From Ramazzottius varieornatus (Eukaryota > Animalia > Tardigrada): a stretch of 64,000 nucleotides of DNA. The stretch lies in the NCBI GenBank assembly GCA_001949185.1, contig BDGG01000001.1:2807324-2871323 (forward strand). The letters are read 5' to 3'. Positions within the stretch are counted from its first letter, which is position 1, and each line of letters opens with the position of its first letter. Both the position numbers and the translations under genes were made by a program. The notes under the pieces were generated by a model. The model was not told the origin of the DNA, made no database searches, and saw only the letters and a program-made list of their open reading frames with translations. Below are positions 12,291 to 26,300 of this stretch, piece after piece.

Positions 12291-15200
12291 ATGGCAAAAG
12301 TCGACCTTCGTTCTCGCGGTAAGACTTGACAAATTTGTTTATTTACATTCTTCGAACGAGCGGTAATGTGGGTCTTGGATATATCTCTCTTCGAGAACGA
12401 GTGGAATCAGTGGATCCAAGATGGAATAATCTCTATTCTTTGCGTTTATGTGAAATGAACGTTGTTGCATAATGTGTGTGCTGATCAAGCAATCTAACGT
12501 ATAATTCTATTGTTCCAAAGAATGCTAAGGAATCGACTCTCTTCTTCTTGCAGCTCCGGATACTCGAGATGAACCCGATCTGATCAAAGTAAGAACGAAG
12601 AACATATCTCTTAGCATACGGAATGTGACATCCTTGCCTGTTACAGAGTGCTTTCAAAAATGGAGCAGCTCGAGCCCAGAGTGTGCCACCAAAAGCCCGG
12701 ATGGGAACTGCTGTGAAAGCAAGCGGAGCCAGTAAGTCAACTTGTTCTCGCATTCTTCTTGCTGTGTTCATAGAATGCATAATCATTTAGCTTGACTGGT
12801 GTTGACGAATCATGTCTGTGTTTAGAAGATGCGGGAGCCATCGACGAAGAAGGATTCCAGGCGATGTTCAACGAGTACACGGAGCTTTCGTTAACGTCCG
12901 GAAATGAGGTGGAAAGTGAGCTGAACAAGTTCACCAAAAGGCTGGCGCTGCAGGATGAGGACTGGGAGAAACGAGTTGAAGCGGTAACCAGGCTTTCGTT
13001 TCCGGAAACTGAAAATGCACATCCTTTTCTTCTGTTACAGCTGAGAAGGCTTCGCGGTGTGGTTGTCGCAGGCGGTGCTGAAACCAAAGAATGGCAGAAT
13101 ATGCTACAGTACGTCAGCATTGCGCTTGAACATGGAATCAAGGATCTTCGATCGCAAGTCGTCAGAGAAGCCTGTGTAACTTTGGCGTAAGTACTAGAAA
13201 CCTGCGTTTAGAATTGACTGTTAAAAGCCCATCTTAATGGTCCCATGTTATTTATGCATTAGGTTCATGGCTGAGAAGTTAGGAATGAAGGCTGAACGAC
13301 CGGCAGAGCTGAACTTGCCTGCGTTGTTCATCTTGATTCCAAACTCTGTGAAGATCATGGCAACGTCTGGGATAGTTTGCATCAAATTCATCCTAGCGGT
13401 AAGTAAACAGGAAGAAGTTTTGAATATCGGCTTCCGCCAGTGCATTTTTGATGGATCTGTAATTTCGCATGTGATTATTGTGGAGTTGCGATAATCGATT
13501 GTCTTTCTGTGCAGAATGTGCCGTCGCAGAAGCTCGTTCCATTGATAGTCCGAGAATTCCTCAATTCGAAGTCCAAAGAAGTTCGAAGGTTGGTTGCTTA
13601 TCGATTTTGTCACGTCATCCTGTATAATATTGAACCATGTAATTTGCATTGGATATTTGCAGATCCTGCTGTGAGTTCATATGTTTGTTCTTGGAGAGGT
13701 TTCCAAAGATTGCGTTAGACAAGCACGTTACCATTATCCAAGAGGCCATTAAGAAAGGCCTGACAGATGCTGACAGTGAAGCGCGATCATTTGCGAGATA
13801 GTACGTGCCAACTTTACCATTCTTTTGTATACTTTGACTGAGAATATTTCTTTTTGTCAATACAGCGCTTATTTTGCCTTTGCCGGACACTTCCCATCGA
13901 ACGCCAATGTTCTGTACCAAGGTCTCGACACGGCAAACCAAAAGAAGCTGGATGAGAATGTCTCGCGAAGCGGAAGTCAGTCCTCGCTGAAAACGATGGC
14001 TTCAGCTCTCAGAAAGCCTGCTGTCAATGGCCGCCAGAACGGACCGGACAACTTAGGGTGTGTTTATACAGTTTGAAGCGACATGATCGGTTTAGCATGT
14101 GCCTGGATACAATCGATCTCTGAACACTCAGCCAACTGTATGCAGGTTCATGACTTTTGCCGCTTTTTGTTTCGCCTGACATGTACCTGCATACATGCAC
14201 TGCGCTTAGATATGCAGCCAAGTGTACGCAGATCCATGATTATTGATGCTGAGCCTGGGGTCGTCTTGTTTGTACTTCAGGCGTGTCCTAAACAGCGAGC
14301 TCTTATTACTCTTCAAACGACTATACGTTACATTCATTGTTGCGTTTTGTTTGACAGGTTGGCGGTTGCGCTTAGAATAGGAAGAGATCAAGGTATGCTA
14401 CACATTCGTCTAGACTCAGCGCGATATCTGTTCTTTGTTGTTGTTATTAATTCTATAGCAAGGTCTTGGTTGATCCGTGCGATAAGCCCTTGTGGTTCCT
14501 TTGCAGCTGAGACTGTGGCAGGTCCGGACCCGAAGATTAACCCGAGGTCCACCAGTGCCATTGATATGGGGGCAGCTCGACGTGCCGCTAAAGCGAAGGC
14601 CGTACTTCCGTCGCAGAACCGAGCTATTCGACCACCGACTACCCGACCAACACCGCTGGTGTCTCGGGGCAAAATCCAGCCAAGTCAAACTTACACTCGC
14701 TCACAACGTACTAATTGAATTTCGTACATGAAACTTATGAACATTAGGAAGCATGAAACAAAATTCGTATTATTGTTCATTAGCCGGAAGTCGTTCATCT
14801 TCGCCTACTGGACTTAGGCTGCCACCAGCGCTTAAGAAAACTCCGCACGGTAAGGATAGCCGTGATGCAAGTCCTGGTCGAACAGTTGGCCGGTCGGCTT
14901 ACAAGATTCTACCAAGAAGCAACTCGGCTGCCCGGAGAGATGAGTTCAACAACTCTCGGAAGAACAGTCGAGATGGTAGTCAGCTTCAGAGTGACGACGA
15001 AAGCGAAGCATCGAGTTTGATGTCGGATCACTCGAGTACTCTTGCTCGCTATGTGACTGGCGCCCCTGTAAGTCCGGAATTTATGTTTCTCAGTGTAGAG
15101 GGTTTAAGAATGGGAATGTTTCGAATGTCAATCGGTTTTATTTAGTTGCCGGAGAATCTGCCGGATATTCTCTCACATCTGAGCAGTGGAAACTGGTCGA

Positions 15201-18200
15201 CGAAGAGAGATGGTTTGCTGGCTCTGCAGCAATATATGGGTCGGGAGGAGAAGTTGCTTTCGTAAGTCCGATGTTTGTTGTTCTTGTAAAGTAATTTCAT
15301 GGCTTTTAAGGCAGTGACAATCTTTGATTCTAAATGCATTCCAGGCACAGCGAGATGGAGAAGGTTTGCTCAATTTTCACCAGAATGATGAACGATCCAA
15401 CTACCAAAGTCATCGGAATGTTCCTGGACACTCTCCATGAGTTTGTCCGCATGCATAAACTGGAGTTAGGTCCCTGGTTGTCCACTCTGCTGACGAAGCT
15501 ACTATCCAAGCAAGGAGCGGAGCTGCTGCCCACGGTCCAGTCTAAGATCGACAGACTCTTCGAGCTCATGAGGTAATCGTTGTCGTGAAAACTGTAAGTC
15601 GTTTAGCGGTAGACAGTTTCGATGAATTTCTCACGTTCCTGCATACACGGACGTATGATGGGCTTTGGTCAGCTGTGCATGCAGGTGCGTGCGTCTGGCG
15701 CTCCTACATACATGTCTGACCGCCGTCTTGCGGTGTTGATGGTATGCAGGTATCAGATCTTTCGGCATGAAACATCGATGGAACTGTAGTGTTTGCTCCA
15801 TTGGTTTTCTGTTCCTGCAGAGGATCATTCCCGGCCGAGAGCCAGTTTCAGCATCTCATGCGTTTCATCACGGATGAGCGACAGACTCCCAACGTCAGAG
15901 TGATCGCGGCTGTGCTGAACTACCTCACTGTCTTGGCGCAAGTGAACATGAAGCCGAACGACCTGAAGAACTCGAGCTCATCCCGGCTGGGGTTAACGAA
16001 GATCATCAACTGGTGCATGGATGGTAAAACGCCTGACATCCGCAAAAGCTCGCAGCAGGTGTTGGTCGTTTTGAGGCAGTTGAATGAGCAAGAATTTAGC
16101 GCGATGGTTGATACGCTGGATCAGTTCCTTCGTGTAAGTACACCGTTTCTCTTTTTACGAGTATGAATGAAACATATAACATCCGCTTTCATTAGGAAAC
16201 CGTCATCAAATTAGTCAACGGATATCCACGCCGACCATCTGGCCTCCTCGGAGAACTTCGCGGTTCGCCTGGTCCTTCAACATCACAGCATTCACAAGGA
16301 AGGAAAGCAACCCCGAAAAACATTGCACCTAGCCCCATGACGTAAGTTTGGTTTCTGACAGAGCACAGTTTCAGTTCCCCTAGATTTTTCCCGAGATTTT
16401 CTCTGGGACCTTCGAAATTCAGGAGGCCGACAGACAAGCTCGGCAAGGCTTCCCAAGTGGCGCACGTTTCCACTGTTATGGACGGATAGCGTGCGCCGCT
16501 TGGGAACTCTTGTCGAATTTGTTTGCCGAGCTCCCACTTTTGGATGCTCTTTGCAGTCTCTATCCGGACTGTTTTCTTACCGTGCGTTATGCGTTGTGCT
16601 TCACGCTTGATTGCTTTAATAGGCGAGGTTTCCGTCATTCGCCGGTTTCGTCGCCCTCGCAAGGCTCAGCCGGGAACGATGAGAACCTCAACCCGGAATC
16701 GATACTACAAAGTCTCCGCCAAACCTCTCAGGACATCCAGAAGTATGGCTTCCGCTCTCCGCGTTCAGGTGATGCCAGCGTGGAGCGACGAAGACCAGGA
16801 GGCACTCCAGCTCGCCAACATTCCGGAACGCCACCGCGCCTGTCTGGTGCCACGGCCATGTTCCCACAATACGAAGACCATACCATAGTCCCCATCTATG
16901 CTAGTCCAGAAGAACAGACGGCTTACGTCAACACACTTTCCGCCAGGCTCATCGAAACTGTCCCCGAGTATGTTGTAGCAGAGCAAAAATTAAAATTGAA
17001 CTTGATAAATAGTCTTGAATTTCTGTTTTGCAGTCGACAGTTTTGCATTCTGCGACATTTCCATACGTACATGTCCTTGCTCACCGACGACATTTGGAGA
17101 GACCACATGATGGACATTCTGTCCTTCGTGTACGCTAACTTTCAGAACACCAACCTGGATTGCATTACGTGGGCTCTCGCTTGCTTCACTCGCATACTGC
17201 AGCTACAGCCCGATCGTATGCGAGAGTTCCCAGAGTTGACCATTGTCAGCCTGATCGAAATGCAGAAATGCGCTCCCAAATCCGTAAGCAACCTTTCTCA
17301 ATCTAAAGATGGCTGTGAACATTTCTCCTGCAGAATTCAGCATTCTGTTCTCCTGAATGTTTTTTTGTACTGATCTTTTTCTTCAGGTGGTCAAGGCTGC
17401 AGACGAATGTATGCTTCAAGCCGCTAAAATTTTCCCCTGTGATATCGTCATTCGCATCCTGTTGCCCTTCATCAATACTCGACCGGGTCCGGAGAACGTG
17501 TCCGCGGTCCGTTACTACATTCACATGGTTCGTGAAACTCTGCTGGACAAGCTGGTGCCGATACTGAACGAAATTGTACCGACTTTAGTCTCGGTAAGAC
17601 CCGTGTGGATCTTTTTTGCACGAAATCAGGTCCCAACCTTTGGTGTGTGTGTGTGGTCCGTGACGTTAAGCTTATGTGTTAATGGTACCAATATTTCAGT
17701 CTTTATTGCGTGGTCGTTTGCTTGTAGGCGTACGCGGACCATCGAGAATCCAACATGAGGAAAGAGTGCGTCTACGCACTGATCCATACCCAGACCAAAG
17801 TTGGGGAGGAAATGATGGCGCCATATCTGCAGTCTCTACCGGCCAGCAAGGTAAGTGTTAAACGCCGTTAAAATGTTCATGGACGAACGGCGAAGATGTT
17901 CGCTGGCCTGAATCTGTTCTTCAGCAGTAGTAACTGCTGCTGTTGCCCATCACGCACTGACAGTATAGTAAACCATAGTTCGAACTAGAGAATGATGATG
18001 GTTATTATCATGGTAGATACGACTGCTGCGACTTTATCTCAAACGGACAGTTGAGCTTGAAGCTGGGTAAGAACGGTGCTTTTTTCTCTTTTGGTGTTGG
18101 TTATAGAAGAAGTTTTATTGAAGAACGTGAAATGGCTTTTTTAGTGGTGGTGGCGGCAATGATCCAGATGGCAGAGATGAAGGTACAATGAATACCGGCT

Positions 18201-18220
18201 CAGGTGACACTCCGACGTAG
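12291..18220 (+). CDS. CLASP: CLIP-associating protein (CLASP/Orbit/MAST family) paralogue 1, multi-exon, starts just before TOG2
   Basis: DAGAIDEEGF, DWEKRV, KDLRSQVVREACVTL, LIPNSVKIMATSG, IKKGLTDADSEAR, RSTSAID, FTRMMNDPTTKV, NDENLNPE, and C-terminal CLIP-interacting region ESNMRKECVYAL..IRLLRLYLKR. Start exon MAKVDLRSR is phase-compatible with following exons. Confidence 0.92.
14096..14239. repeat. Intronic palindrome family B, two tandem copies (CLASP1 intron)
   Basis: catgtgcctggatac-N27-gtatgcaggttcatg and catgtacctgcatac-N29-gtacgcagatccatg. Confidence 0.75.
15631..15757. repeat. Intronic palindrome family B, two tandem copies (CLASP1 intron)
   Basis: tcacgttcctgcatac-N30-gcatgcaggtgcgtg and cctacatac-N30-gtatgcagg. 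Confidence 0.75.
16425..16537. repeat. Intronic palindrome family A copy (CLASP1 intron)
   Basis: ttcccaagtggcgca-N27-tgcgccgcttgggaa..tttgccgagctccca. Confidence 0.85.
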
Positions 18221-20359
18221 AGGCTGGCTGGTTTACTGACGGAAAAACGACGTTCTTTTCGGTTTTTAAGACGCTCTTCCTATTTATTGCTCGTACGTGT
18301 ACTTCTTGCACTGTGGTGTGCGTACTCTGTGGCTGTAAAGGCTGTGTGTCGAATATATATTCCTTTTTCTTGTGTGTGGGAAGAAGGCGTTTTCTGGTTG
18401 TGGTGGACTTCCTCCTCGCTCTTAATTCTTAGCTAGCTGTCTGGCAAATTTTAGCCATGCTTTTGTTTTTCCTCCCCTTTGATATTGACTGATCCTAGTT
18501 TTCTATTTTTGAAGAAGGTTCTGATGTGAATTTTGAGTTGCAAGTGAAGCTTCCGCACATATAAATACCGTCAGCTTCAGTCTGAAGAGTCTAACTCCTA
18601 GGATGAGAAAGGAAGAAGAGTCAGAGTCTTTGGAAGCTTAATTGAATGAAGAGGACCGCGAAGAACTCAAGCTGTGCCGTTGCACCATCTGAGGGCAACA
18701 CCAACCCTGACTTCAGAGACAATTTCCCCTCTTCTCTTTTTTACGAAGTTGTAATGGTGTCGATCAATCGATCTGACTTCCGTTTTCTGGCATGCGAAAC
18801 TTAGGTCTGTTGGGAGTGAAAAGCTGCTAACGAGGCAGGAAAACGATGGGGTGTAAACTATTGATCCTGAAAATAATGGAGTGAGTTCTGAGGGAGAGGG
18901 TAACATCGCGGATTTCCGAGGAGCTTCGAACAGCCAGAGAGGTCCTTGGTAATTCGTCGGTTCGAAGATCTTGGCAGAGAGTAGGGTACAGTACTCTAAC
19001 AGCGGGGACTTTGTAGGCACAGAGATCAATAGAAGCTTCCTAAGTCGCGCTTCTGTCTGATTAGCTTAGGAGGCTCTTGCAAGGCAGAGCTTTCATTGGA
19101 TGTCTTTTCGAACTGCAAATCAGGAATTAATTTTTCGGGGTCCTCCGAGTGACGGAGAAAAGTCTGTAGAAGGCTTACAAGAGCGAGCGATTCCGCCACC
19201 CTGTGGGGTTGTGAGTACCTGCAACAGCCGGCCTTATATCGTCGTTATCGAGAAAACAAAGCTATAAAATTGTTTATGTCCTTGATACATTTCACCGTCC
19301 AACGCCAGCATTTAGCAGGGCCAAGTACAGGTCCCGCTTGTGAGTGATAATATTGTAGTCAAACAGATTCATTGACGCTGGTGAGCTTGGACAATCTTTT
19401 GTAAAGTTTTCCGACTACGCCCCGTTTTTGCGCGAGTGTACAGAGACTAGCAGCTGCTTCCGGCTGTAACCTGAGTTTTGAGTACAACGCAAACCTTGTT
19501 GTGTGCGTTTAACTTTAGACTTGATTGAGCTTTTTTCTCTTGCTTCCGCCTTCTCCGCTTCCCTCCAGCTGTACATTTGGTCGCTGTATTATCGGCCCCG
19601 ATGAAATTTCGGGGAGACCAATAAGCTTTTGTATGTCGACAAATTCTAATTTCGCACAGTAATTTTCTGCCTGCGAAGAGAAAACTCGTGTTGACCAGCA
19701 CATGATCTAATTTGTTGTGGGCCGGGAATCCAATCTGCTATTGATTCAGCCCGCAGCTGTGGCTGGACTGACCGGTCAAACAGGGTCTGAAAGCCACTCC
19801 AGTGCTAAATCCTATCCTTATCTTCGGACCACCGGGCACGGCTATTTCGACCAGCTGGTAAGTCAGCCTTGGTTGGTCAGCGCGATTGTAGCCACTTATG
19901 GATTTCTGCTGATACGCTTTCTGACTTGTTGTACGGTACTACACGCTACATTCCACTTCGACACCAGAAAATCAATATGACTGTACAGTGCGTCCGTTTC
20001 ACCGTGGTACGATTCCCTTATAGAAATCATTGGTCGTGGACAGTGGGCGCCAAAAATTAGTACCCTGGTTTTTACTTGGAAAAACCATTCGGTTAGATAC
20101 GTACTTACGAGCGGCACAATCGACGCATCAAAGAGAACCATTATTATTCTTTCGGACGAACGACGCGCTTTTTCTAAAAGGTATTCTGCTCACAGTGAGA
20201 CGATACAATTCTGCATCTGCATGAATGACTCGATTATTCACTTTACTCTTACATAAGCCGTAACCAGGGAAAGCCGGGGATTACGGTTCAATGGGAGCGC
20301 ACTGATCACGGAATTCATATTACATATTAATAGGCGGATTAGCCACGCCGGAAGGAAGC

Positions 20360-23300
20360 ATGGCTACCTCCAACACTCACCTGTGGAAGAGCGATCAAGA
20401 CTGGATTTTACTCTTCGACAACCTGATGAAGTATCCCAATGGGAGACGGGCTTCCTCTGCTGCCGTCATGACCACTTCTGCTCTGACGCCTTTACAAACA
20501 CCGATGCAGGGTAAGTGCAAACAAATCAATAATATTTTCTTGTTTGTTTTTCCTAGAGTAATAGGGACTATGTTTGCAAGAACTCAATATGGCGCCCATT
20601 ATAAGCTAGGTCTTCGATGGTTTCCTATGCTCCTTCTCAAAGTGATTTCTGCCGTCCTCGCTGAAGTTCAAGTTGTATAGTCGAGCGAGGGTTGATGTGA
20701 TGGACAGATGTCCAGATGAATGCCTGACTCTGGTAATGGTGGCCATTAGAGCGGTGTTATTTTTCAACAACTCAGTGCTTGATGTGGCTTTCGGCATATT
20801 AATCTGTGTGAATAACGACCATTTTGAGCTGGCTGAAAAATTTTCTTCGACCAATATATTGCTCGTTCCTTTTGAAGATTCTGGAAGTTTTATCTACGAG
20901 GAAGTGATATGTATGCCGCAGGGTATAGATTAGTTGATTGAGAGACGTGGTATATGTTTACTTTAATTCCTTCCGGTAAGCACACTCTGCAATATTTTCA
21001 GAAATATTCTCTGACGGAAGGGTTTCTCCAATAGCTTGATTGTTCGCTGTCCGGAGGATTACAGCACAGTTGACTTTTTAAATATTGAATTTCAATTGTT
21101 TACTAAAGCGGAAAGAAAAGTTGTCAGGAGGCAATATTGTTGACTTGTTTTTTGTGCGGCACTTGGCCGGTGCTTGTGACATTTCTGGCCGGATTAAGGG
21201 CGGCACGAGCTTGCCTGAAAGGTTGGCCTGCAGACAATCAGCCGAGCGTGAATTAATAATGAGGCAAAACTGGGCTGAAATTTGTAAAGATAAAGATGAA
21301 CATCTTGTCTTTGAGTTTCTTCGGCGGGTTTCTGCTGTACAAGGGAAATTATCGTCGCTTCATCAGCTTCGTTATGTCGAACCACGGCGGACTCTTCACA
21401 CCATTGCAGTCTGCCAATCACATCTGACGTCCTTTTTGCATTGCTAATGAACAAAATCTGTGGGTCCTTATTTTATCCGCGTATATTTTAGGTTCAGTTA
21501 AAACCGAGAGCTCCGATTAGCTATCATCTTCTGTCGTCAATGAATTATGGTGCAAGCTGTAATCCGAATAATAATGGAGTCACTTGTCCATTGCGCGCGC
21601 GATAGATGGGCTCGTGCGTCGGGGTCGCTCGACTTGCGAAAGGAATATTGAAAAGATAAGAGTGTCAGTGCATGTCGAACGACTTCAAAATACTTTACAG
21701 TGGTGCGCGAATGTGTAGCGGAAAATCAGGGAGCTCGCATGGCGACACTTCCGGTTCTATTGTGTCTCGCCTGATATCAGTTTGACGTGTGTCCACGATC
21801 ACTTCTCTCTACTTCGTCGAATGTGGTGAAGCATGGGATGGGTGTTTTGCTGTCAGGGCTTTTATCCACAGCTTCAAAGTGTGGATTTTCAATGCAAGAT
21901 ACGAAACCCACTCGGAGCTGTGTCAGCGCTCACTTTTGCTTAGTTCTCTCTTCTCCGGACATCCATCTTGGTCTTCCGCAAATACCGGCCTGTTGGTTAT
22001 GCATGATGATCTACCCATGCTTGAAGAATCAATGCCCAAGGGCTGTATGTCGGCATAGTTTGTGAGAAACTTCCCACTACTACTGTAAATCGAACACAGC
22101 CGATATTGTGGGAGAGAATAGTCGATATTTAGACGGAAGAGGGTAGTGTAGGACAGACATAACTGCGACCACTGACACATGACGACTGACGAAAGATGAT
22201 ACTGTGAAATTATGGGCCATTCCCCATAGATGCCTTGGTCCAGGCATGATAGGAATTATGTGTTTCACAGTTGAAAGTGGTACAAGATAGCACTTTGATC
22301 CTCTTTGCGGCCACTGACCATTGAACATCTATTCAAAAATCATTAGGCGAAACGTTTAGGTTGAAATATCGATTCGCGCACAATATGAGCAAGTTACCGG
22401 TACGTCCTGCGGGAATGAAGTTGGGTGTGCCGGCTTTTGTGAATTTCTGTAGAACGAGAGTTTGCTTGCGTGAGATAATCACTGATTTGTTCTGAAAAAC
22501 TGTTTGAAAATTTGGAAACGGCTGTTTTTCCAACATTCTATCTTTCCGCCAAAACAAATATGAGATACTTAAGGACATGTCTTGGAATTCGATATGCTAT
22601 CTTATGCAGCACTGTCGTGCCGGAATTTCTGCTGAGAAAGAAACCCAGCGAGAACGTGCAAAGTGCGCTGATTACTTGTCCATCTTAAGAAGGCGGTGAA
22701 GTGTTTATGGTTAATCGCAATAATTTGGCATTCCGACTTTTACGACAAAGTCCGCCGTAAATACTTGACTCTTCTTCGTTCCATTGTATAGGTGCTGAAG
22801 ATGCTTGATGAGCGAGAAAAAGCCGGTTGATGACAAACTCCGCGTCTTTTGGCATGACTTTATGGGTAATTGTAAGACGAAAACTGGGCTTTGGGTCTTC
22901 CATAAAAGCAAAGGAACAATCCATTTCGTAAATGATTTCTTTCCTGTTTATCTGCGGAACAAAGGCTCGGCTTACGGAAGGCCTCGTAGGGGTCAATTTG
23001 GCGTGAATGCTCATTTGCCGATTCCGACCTTCTTTGTTCGTCTTTGCACAATGGCGCTAAGAGAAGTAATCATTACCACTTCAGTTTCTTGGTCGATAAA
23101 AGTTGCGTGGAGCAATATTAATTTTAATTATTTTTATCGAATATGTCTGGTCGAAGCGTCAGATGTTTTGCATCTGAAGTTTATTGCCAAAGTAATCCAT
23201 CTGCTAAACTAACCCAGATCTCGACAAGTACTCTTTAATCGCCATAACCCTTTCTCTTAAGTCGTCTACCGCCGGTCCACTGTATTACTTTGTAGTCCAT

Positions 23301-26300
23301 TATGGCTCTTTCCCTGTTGATTTACCCCCATATCCATCGAACATATATCTGGGGCAATGTCAAGCAGATCTGCTGAGATGAAAGACGCAAGCTCAACCGG
23401 ACATCCTTTTCCCATATGTGTTTCAAATCAATAAATAATACTCTTCTGGCGCTGATCTCAGCCGGCTCTCATTTTGCCCGGACCTCAGAGGGATTTGGCT
23501 GGACTGGACAGTGGTAATTCTGGCTTGACCAACTGTCGATCCCATCCGGCCATCCCGACAAAATCTCCCGCCGAGACAGTTTGTCGTTGTTTACCGAAGC
23601 AGAGACAGATAAGAAAGGGCTGGTGACTGGTCATCTGGCAGTATTTATTGTCGCTGGTCTGGAATGATAGAAACGTGGATATATTGTGAAGTTTAATTTA
23701 TTCAAACTTTTCAGAACTTTTCTGTCGTTTGGTGTGATCTTGAAGAGAGGAAAAAGTTGATCATCAGCAGATGCCTCGACGAGTAGACGTATGCCAGTTC
23801 ACGATGGGCATCGGATAAGATACTTTCTAGTTGATGATAGATGCGAAGAAACGTGCGATAAGACAAGTCGCGAGCGACAAGATCAACGAGGACGGACTGT
23901 GGTCATAAGTAATCGAAAGATCATTCTACGTCGCGCCAAGTTAAAACACTGGCTAATTACGACAGCAATTTATATCTTCGGAACTGCATCAAGCTAGGAA
24001 AACAAGCTCTTAAAATCCACTCTGCTATCCGCCCTGTCCGTTCTCATTTTGTAAACCATTTTGGGGGTTGGCTCTCTTCCGAGTCGAGTGCTTCTTGAGG
24101 GAAATTGCTGGTTTCACAGCGAGGGACAGTTCAAATATGACCGACCGCACACAAATTACCCCGAATCGAATGACCCACTGCGCGACGATCGATTTTGACC
24201 ATGTGCGAGTGACGATTGACGAGGCTCTAATTTTCCCGACAGTCATTATTTCCATTGCCACAACGGCGATGTCCCGTCACATGGACACTGTCCCGTCTGC
24301 CCGGCACCAGCTGAGCTTGGCGGCTTTTGAAGCGGACACCCCTACTTCCAGTTGCACGAGTCGGACACTATGCAGAAGCCGAATGTCTGACGTCATTGTA
24401 AATAACCGCAGTGACGTCAGACGAGTAGTTTGTTTGGGTGTCCGACTCATCTGACCCCACGTTAGGGTGTTCGACTTGGCCTAGCTCACCTTGTGCTTTG
24501 CCGAACGGTAATGACCGCGAAATTAATTCATGCCTTCTGGCGACAGGCCTTATCAAGACCATGAGTGTGCTCCCCGACGGACCCCGGGTGGCCCACTGAC
24601 ATCGTCGGACGATTCCGATTGAAAGAATCTCGGCGGTGGCGTTTGTTCGTGAGGTACAATTTTATAAGGATGTTTGTTACTACTGTTTTGATGCTTTTGT
24701 GACGGTTCAGTGGACTAGTCGTCATAAAGTAAGAGGCAATAAAAAATTATGGAATTAATTTATGTAAGAAGCACTTGGTTGACCACTGGCAAAATGGCCA
24801 ATATGGAATTCTCGCTCACGAGGTTGTTTCGACAAAGGAACTTCGTCGTCGCAAACGACAGCAGTCCTCTCTTTCGAGCTTTCTCTCACGCGGAAAAAAA
24901 CCAATTCCTTGTTTCACAAGACCAAATCGTTTTCGCAGGGTTCCCATCCGTTAATATTCTTCTGGAATGCCCATGATGCTTTTTGGCGGTTATTGACTGT
25001 CGGACGTGATGGGTCTTGGAAACTGCATCGACTTCGCGGCTAGATTGTTGAGGGTTCGATCTTTGCCAAGATCCTGTCAGTGCTGGCTGACGCAGTTCAG
25101 GGTGAAGGAATGTGCTCTGCTCTTTAGTGACGTCGACCAATATACGTGGATGAATGTCGCGTGAATTTTCTCTTGTGTATCAGACATCATCGAGCAAAAA
25201 AAACTATGAGGGGTTGGCAATGGTTGAAAGTAAAGTATAGGCTACAGATTCAACTGAGCAATCATAATGGGGTATGACGAAGAGTATTGCACTGCTCGTT
25301 ATGTGATTTCTGACATGTCTGCTTTTATCTGTTCTAGGCCATCAATATAATCCATCAGTAGCAACTGCATCTCCGACGGATTTCTCAAGCTTCGTTCGGA
25401 GCAGTAGCCGTAGCTCTGGTCGATTTATAACTCCGCTTCGAAGTCGAGTAAGTGCTAGTTTTCAATTGCAAAATGATCGTTCACATTCTACGGGGCACTT
25501 GAGAAAAAATTAATCAACTACCGCCACTTTCGTGATACCCTGTTATTCCACTTCCGTATAACTTTTGAAGTTACATCTCGAAGATCGCTGCCCAAGAGTC
25601 GCTCTCTCAATGTCAAGTCAACCAGACAAAGCATTATGGCATGAACTCTTGATGGCATCCTGCCGATCTTCTTATGTTGATAATTACTTTTTACGCCGAT
25701 ACCCATTGACGACTAATTGCTAAGCTTGGGTTTTTTGCTACAGATGACAAGCGCTACCGGCTCTGGTCAATCGTCCGTTTCTCCACTGCAACCGTCACAA
25801 GGAACTTGGTCAAGTACCACCAAATGCTCGAGAGAGATGCCCCTTTCCAGCGGTTCCCCTTCGTCGACAGCTTTCAACAGTAAGGAAAACAAAAATGATT
25901 TTCGGGCCCTTGTTCGAGCACGCCTTATTTTCCTAGAAAATAAATCGAACGTGGGCAAATGAATTGAACTAGATCGTTTTACGTCAAGTGGCGCATGTTT
26001 TCATCGCTTCTGGCGGAAAGTGTGCGCCAATTGGGAAAAACGATCTTGTCTTAATCCTTTGCCCGTACTCGTATCCCAAATTTCACTTTTGGAATTTCGG
26101 TAGATTTATTGCTGTTTGGCATGAGCGGAAATAAAGCTCACGCTGGAACGCGTGTGAATCTTTTACTGTTGAAAATTATCCACACAGACCTTGGTCGCAT
26201 CACTGATGCAGAAAACTGCATCTGCACAAACAGTCTACACCCTGGCGTTCATATGTTTTCCTGTTACTCAAAATAGATGTTGGGGGTGTGGAAGCTGACG

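Noticed and set aside
18300-19300. Minus-strand broken ORFs downstream of CLASP1
   Set aside because: May be a degraded gene or element, but I recognised no motif.
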